A stretch of 63,961 nucleotides of DNA, counting the filler, from an uncultured bacterium (GTDB lineage: Bacteria > Latescibacterota > UBA2968): assembly GCA_964471275.1 (NCBI GenBank). It is 3 parts of 3 records of this genome, joined end to end, with 100 filler letters (N's around TTAATTAATTAA, not from the genome) between each part and the next. Parts side by side here need not be neighbours in the genome. Positions count along the whole stretch, not along the records: positions 49,301 to 63,961 come from CAYYGZ010000110.1; 2 more parts are not named here. The stretch is one strand, 5' to 3'. The notes under the pieces are model-generated. The model ran no database searches. It was not told where the DNA came from and saw only the letters and a list, made by a program, of their open reading frames with translations. Of the stretch, positions 59,931 through 63,961 are shown in pieces. Each line of letters begins with the position of its first letter. Position 1 is the first letter of the stretch. The translations under genes and the position numbers were made by a program.

Positions 59931-60331
59931 TACAGTCCATACAGACACTTGCAATCTCCGATGATCACTACCTTCCTCTCGCGAATTCGAGGAATGAAAC
60001 CCGCACCAGAGACGACGGCTCTCCAGGCGACTTACGGGAAGCCGGGCAGTTGGTCGACTTGCTGGGGGCACCGGAATCGAGATCGGTGATGGCTCAGGTC
60101 GATCGCGTTCTGAATCTGGGGACCGGAATCGGCGACCTCACGGATCTTTCGCGCGAGGAGTTCGCCGAAGCTTTCAGCATCCTGGCAGATCTGTTCGACC
60201 GAGGAATCGTCGGCTACGAGTATCGCGAGATCAACGGTCAGCCACAGAAAGTCTTCATCGACGTGGCAATTGGCAACGATGCCCATCGTGCCCCCCTCTA
60301 CAAGGATGGCCGAATCGACGGCTATCTGTAA
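59927..60331 (+). CDS. hypothetical protein
   Basis: Start overlaps the upstream stop; protein-like C-terminal half (GIVGYEYREING...FID). Confidence 0.6.
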   Translation: MIQSIQTLAISDDHYLPLANSRNETRTRDDGSPGDLREAGQLVDLLGAPESRSVMAQVDRVLNLGTGIGDLTDLSREEFAEAFSILADLFDRGIVGYEYREINGQPQKVFIDVAIGNDAHRAPLYKDGRIDGYL

Positions 60332-60375
60332 CCACACCCCACACCCGATCCCTCATCCCCGCTCCCCGCTCACCC

Positions 60376-60606
60376 TCAGCGCTTCCAATCTTCGTAGAGT
60401 CCCATCAGTCGTACCGAAACCGTCTCGATCTCTGCTGGTAGCGTCTCCGTTTCCGAAAGTGAAATCCAGGCCTCCTGGCTCCCATAGTGAGACTGGATGC
60501 TGGTCTTCAGCTTTTCAATGTCCTCACCATACAGATCTGTGAAACCGATCAGCGATCCCGGTTGCTGGATCGACAGGTAGAAGTCGATGAGTTCACTGAC
60601 CGTCAA
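60376..60606 (-). CDS. small hypothetical protein
   Basis: TTG start overlaps the stop of the LDH2 gene (TTGA); plausible composition. Confidence 0.6.
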   Translation of the reverse strand: MTVSELIDFYLSIQQPGSLIGFTDLYGEDIEKLKTSIQSHYGSQEAWISLSETETLPAEIETVSVRLMGLYEDWKR

Positions 60607-61658
60607 GCCGCGGGTAATCCCTCGGGAAGCTCGACACCATACTCATTGGCCGCTTCGCAGAGGTTCCCCCACGTTTCGTCTTCTATGTATATCCCGTCGG
60701 CTTCCCGCTCGGTTCGTTTCTCCCATTCGATCTCGCCAGGCAGGTAGACTGTGTCAAAATCCGGGGCCGTCGGAGACGATTTGATCCAATCACAAAGGAT
60801 TCCAACTTCCTTCAGATACTCATCGAGGTCGATGAAGGCCTCGATCTTGATGGCCATCGCGATGAACCCGCTTCCGCCTCGTGTGGGCGGGTCCGCACTG
60901 CATCCGGCCCAGGACAACCCGCCCGCGATCGCGTCGATCATCGTCGCAAGACCGTAGCCTTTGTGGCCCATCGGACCGCCGAGCGGCAGCATCGCAACGT
61001 TCCCGTCACGGAAGGCGCCGGGGTCTGTGACCGCTTCACCCCGGTCGTTGATCAGCCATCCTTCGGGTAATTCTTCGCCACGGGCACGATAGACGTCGAC
61101 CTTGCCACCGGCTGCCACGCTTGTGGTGATGTCGAGCATCAGGGGCTTGCCATTGGGTGTGGGAACACTTGCGGCGACCGGGTTCGGGGGGAGCCGGCGT
61201 GCCGTACCCCCAAACGGCGCAGTGAAGCGTGCGCCGCCGTTCAGGATGAGCAGTCCAATGCAGCCCTGCTCCGTCGCGAGTGGGGGGTAATCGCCCAGCC
61301 GCCCGATGTGGCTGGACTGGTGCACGGCGACGGCGCCCAGAGAGTGCGACTTGGCCTTGTCCACGGCCATCTGCATCGCCTTGTGTGCGACCACGATACC
61401 GAGCGTCTGTTCCGCATCGATGACGGCCGTCGTCGGTGACTCACGAATGATGTTGAGCTCTTTGACGGGGTTGATGCTCCCTGCCTTGATCGCCTTCAGG
61501 TAACCCGGTGTGCGGATCGAGCCGTGCGAGTCGTGACCGAAGAGGTTGGCGTCAATGAGGTGATCGGTGACGATCTTAGCCTGGTCCGCAGGAACGCCAA
61601 CCGCCTCGTAAAGTGCCTGGCTTAGCGTCCGGAGCGGGGCGTGTTGGATGTGCGGCAT
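60603..61658 (-). CDS. Ldh_2 family oxidoreductase (malate/L-lactate/ureidoglycolate dehydrogenase type 2)
   Basis: GHDSHG, HIGRLG, NP, D.TTS, LPLGG..GHKGYGL and LPGE motifs. Confidence 0.93.
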   Translation of the reverse strand: MPHIQHAPLRTLSQALYEAVGVPADQAKIVTDHLIDANLFGHDSHGSIRTPGYLKAIKAGSINPVKELNIIRESPTTAVIDAEQTLGIVVAHKAMQMAVDKAKSHSLGAVAVHQSSHIGRLGDYPPLATEQGCIGLLILNGGARFTAPFGGTARRLPPNPVAASVPTPNGKPLMLDITTSVAAGGKVDVYRARGEELPEGWLINDRGEAVTDPGAFRDGNVAMLPLGGPMGHKGYGLATMIDAIAGGLSWAGCSADPPTRGGSGFIAMAIKIEAFIDLDEYLKEVGILCDWIKSSPTAPDFDTVYLPGEIEWEKRTEREADGIYIEDETWGNLCEAANEYGVELPEGLPAA

Positions 61659-61754
61659 GTTTCTTCCTTCCAGGTATGGGTTGCCCGTTCGAGTCGGCAT
61701 GCAAGGTAAGCCGGGTCGACGGCGGCGCAAGGGGCAATCCGCCAAGAGGTGTCG

Positions 61755-61783
61755 TTGACACCCGGGGTGCGCAGGTGTAAAAT
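61755..61783 (+). promoter_or_regulatory. sigma70-type promoter
   Basis: TTGACA-N17-TAAAAT, followed by an AGGAGGAG RBS. Confidence 0.75.
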
Positions 61784-61808
61784 TACGCGTCAACCACAGG
61801 AGGAGCAC

Positions 61809-62813
61809 TTGAACACATTGCGTATTGGATTGATCGGATGCGGCGTTATGGGTCGGAGCCTCAGCGAGAGCGCCCATGAACTCCCGTCAATGGATGTCGT
61901 GTGGGCCAGCGATGTTGACGAGGAGAAGGGGAAGAAACTCGCGAACGACCTGGGATGCGACTTTGAAGAGGATTACCAGCAGGCCCTGGAGCGAGGTGAT
62001 GCGGGTGCCGTGATGATTGCCACACCCGGCTTCCTGCACGAGGCCCCGGCGATCGCTGCTGCCAAGGCCGGGATCCACGTATTCTCGGAAAAGCCGCTCG
62101 CACCTACCGTCGATTCGTGCGACCGGATCATCGCGGCGGCCAGTGAGCACGGGGTGAAGCTCGGGGTCGGACAGGTCTGCCGGTTTCATCCCGTCCACAG
62201 GAAGGTTCACGATCTGGTGCGGAGCGGAGACCTTGGTGAACCGACGGTGATGACTGTGTTTCGGCTCGGCAGCGGCTTTAAAGGGATTTGGCGTGTGCCG
62301 TGGAGGACCTCTCGTGCCAAGAGTGGAGGGACGCTGATGGAGGTGAACGCCCACGAGATCGATTTTCTACGGTTTGTGGCCGGCAGCGAGGCGACATCCG
62401 TGTTTGCGGCGGGCGGGAACTATCTCAACGAAGAGATCGACTATCCTGACGCCGCATTGGTAACGATCACCTTCGCAAACGGGGCAATCGGGTCGCTGCA
62501 CTCCAGCGATGTGAGTGCGATCGGTGGTTACGGCGGGCGGGTTGACTGTGAGAAGGGCTCACTCGTTTTCCCGAGATTCTGGGGGGAGGGAGCCGAGTTG
62601 ACTTACCAGATTGGTGAAGCGGACTCCGTGTCGATACCCGTGTCCGATCTGAACCACGGCATCTCTCCCGTGGCGCAGGAGATCGATGCTTTTGCGAGAG
62701 CCGTGATGGCTGATGAGACACCCCCTATTACGGGAGAAGATGGCCGAGCGGTCGTTGCGATCGCCGAGGCGGCCTACTATTCTGTCGAATCCGGGAAGCC
62801 TGTTTCGCTGTAG
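61809..62813 (+). CDS. Gfo/Idh/MocA family oxidoreductase
   Basis: IGLIGCGVMG, HVFSEKP and GGTLME..HEID motifs; TTG start after GGAG. Confidence 0.92.
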   Translation: MNTLRIGLIGCGVMGRSLSESAHELPSMDVVWASDVDEEKGKKLANDLGCDFEEDYQQALERGDAGAVMIATPGFLHEAPAIAAAKAGIHVFSEKPLAPTVDSCDRIIAAASEHGVKLGVGQVCRFHPVHRKVHDLVRSGDLGEPTVMTVFRLGSGFKGIWRVPWRTSRAKSGGTLMEVNAHEIDFLRFVAGSEATSVFAAGGNYLNEEIDYPDAALVTITFANGAIGSLHSSDVSAIGGYGGRVDCEKGSLVFPRFWGEGAELTYQIGEADSVSIPVSDLNHGISPVAQEIDAFARAVMADETPPITGEDGRAVVAIAEAAYYSVESGKPVSL

Positions 62814-62816
62814 GAT

Positions 62817-63961
62817 ATGGCGAGACAATTCGACATACCGGACTTCTATCGGAGTCCGATCATCACACAGGTGAAACGGGCCCGGCAGCAGAAGGATCCC
62901 AGGAAGCAGGATCTTGCCCCTGCGGTTCTGGACTTCGGCCCGGTGGTGGTGCTGCTCGCCCGACATTTCGGGTTCTGCTTCGGTGTTGAGAACGCGATTG
63001 AGATCGCCTACCAGACCCTGGATGAGCACAAGAGCGACCGTGTTTTTTTCCTGAGCGAAATGATACACAATCCGGATGTGAACCAGGATCTGGAATCACG
63101 CGGCGTGAAGTTTTTGTTCACACCCTCGGGTGAGCAGTTGGTGGATTGGGAGCAGCTTAACCCGGAAGATGTCGTCGTGGTGCCGGCATTCGGCACCACG
63201 ATCGAAATACAGGAAGCTCTGTCTGCTCGTGGTATAGACGCCTATACCTACAACACGACGTGCCCGTTTGTGGAGAAGGTGTGGAAACGGAGTGCTGAAC
63301 TGGGCACCGAGACCTTCTCGGTAATTGTACACGGTAAGGCGAAACACGAGGAGACACGAGCGACCGTTTCGCACAGCATCCGCAGTGCCCGGACGGTCGT
63401 GATTCGCGACCTGGATGAGGCCCGTGTACTCTGCCAGATCATCCGTGGCGAGCGTGGTGCCGATACGTTCGATCGCACGTTCGGCGATAAGTGTTCGGAT
63501 GGGTTCGATCCGGAGACCGATCTGGTGCGAGTCGGTGTGGTGAACCAGACGACGATGCTGGCGACCGAAACACACGAGATTTCTCAATCTATTCGCGCGG
63601 CACTCATCGATCGGTATGGCGAGGATCAGATATCGCAGCACTTTGCCGATACCTCCGATACGCTCTGCTATGCGACGAACGAGAACCAGCACGCCACCTA
63701 TTCACTTGTCGAGCAGGAAGCAAACCTGGCTCTGGTCGTGGGCGGATACAATTCTTCGAACACATCGCACATCGTCGAACTGTGCGCAGAGAGGACACCG
63801 ACCTATTTCGTGAAGAATGCGGATGAAATCCTGTCCGAGAATAAAATCCAGCACTTCGACCTGGTAAGTCGAGAGGTCAAGCGAACAATCGGGTGGCTGC
63901 CCGGTCAGAGACCGGTGACGGTTGCGCTGACGTGTGGTGCATCCTGCCCGGACGCGGTCGT
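62817..63961 (+). CDS. ispH: 4-hydroxy-3-methylbut-2-enyl diphosphate reductase, runs off the right edge
   Basis: Not in the ORF track. Manual translation gives MARQFDIP...FGFCFGV, EMIHNP, TTCPFV, HEET, NQTT, DTLCYAT and GGYNSSNT. Confidence 0.95.
   Translation, partial: MARQFDIPDFYRSPIITQVKRARQQKDPRKQDLAPAVLDFGPVVVLLARHFGFCFGVENAIEIAYQTLDEHKSDRVFFLSEMIHNPDVNQDLESRGVKFLFTPSGEQLVDWEQLNPEDVVVVPAFGTTIEIQEALSARGIDAYTYNTTCPFVEKVWKRSAELGTETFSVIVHGKAKHEETRATVSHSIRSARTVVIRDLDEARVLCQIIRGERGADTFDRTFGDKCSDGFDPETDLVRVGVVNQTTMLATETHEISQSIRAALIDRYGEDQISQHFADTSDTLCYATNENQHATYSLVEQEANLALVVGGYNSSNTSHIVELCAERTPTYFVKNADEILSENKIQHFDLVSREVKRTIGWLPGQRPVTVALTCGASCPDAV

Overview
Bacterial DNA of about 60% GC by eye. 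The FlgD/T9SS-like C-terminal sorting domains, dockerin/cohesin-like modules, PorV-like barrel and long-form IspH suggest an FCB-group lineage such as Latescibacterota (inference). The window is three sequence blocks joined by artificial 100-bp N/TTAATTAATTAA linkers (17108-17207, 49201-49300), plus a 10-N gap (53153-53162). Block 1 holds carbohydrate and redox genes, a stand-alone homocysteine S-methyltransferase and a FadR/GntR-regulated corrinoid methyl-transfer operon (unknown duplicated-domain protein, MtaA/CmuA-like methyltransferase, corrinoid protein, small 4-Cys protein, RamA/RACo-type activator). Block 2 holds a mixed minus-strand operon (ATP-grasp-like protein, larE, def, PHP, moaD, moaE, phosphatase, permease, aldo/keto reductase), a MinD/FlhG-like ATPase and GT9. 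It ends in an about 18 kb cell-surface locus: a giant FN3/cohesin/dockerin protein, two FG-GAP proteins, a PorV-like barrel fused to a transglutaminase-like domain and TPRs, a secreted VAGVRG protein and a CHASE2 sensor. Block 3 holds an IS630 remnant, an M23-bactofilin pair, hflX, a tandem FGE-domain lipoprotein, an M28/DUF4910-AAC(3) fusion coupled to a class III aminotransferase, a sigma28-type promoter and ispH. No rRNA, tRNA or CRISPR array was seen. The best candidates for undescribed systems are the corrinoid operon and the PorV-transglutaminase surface locus. All family assignments come from motif recognition by eye, not from database searches.
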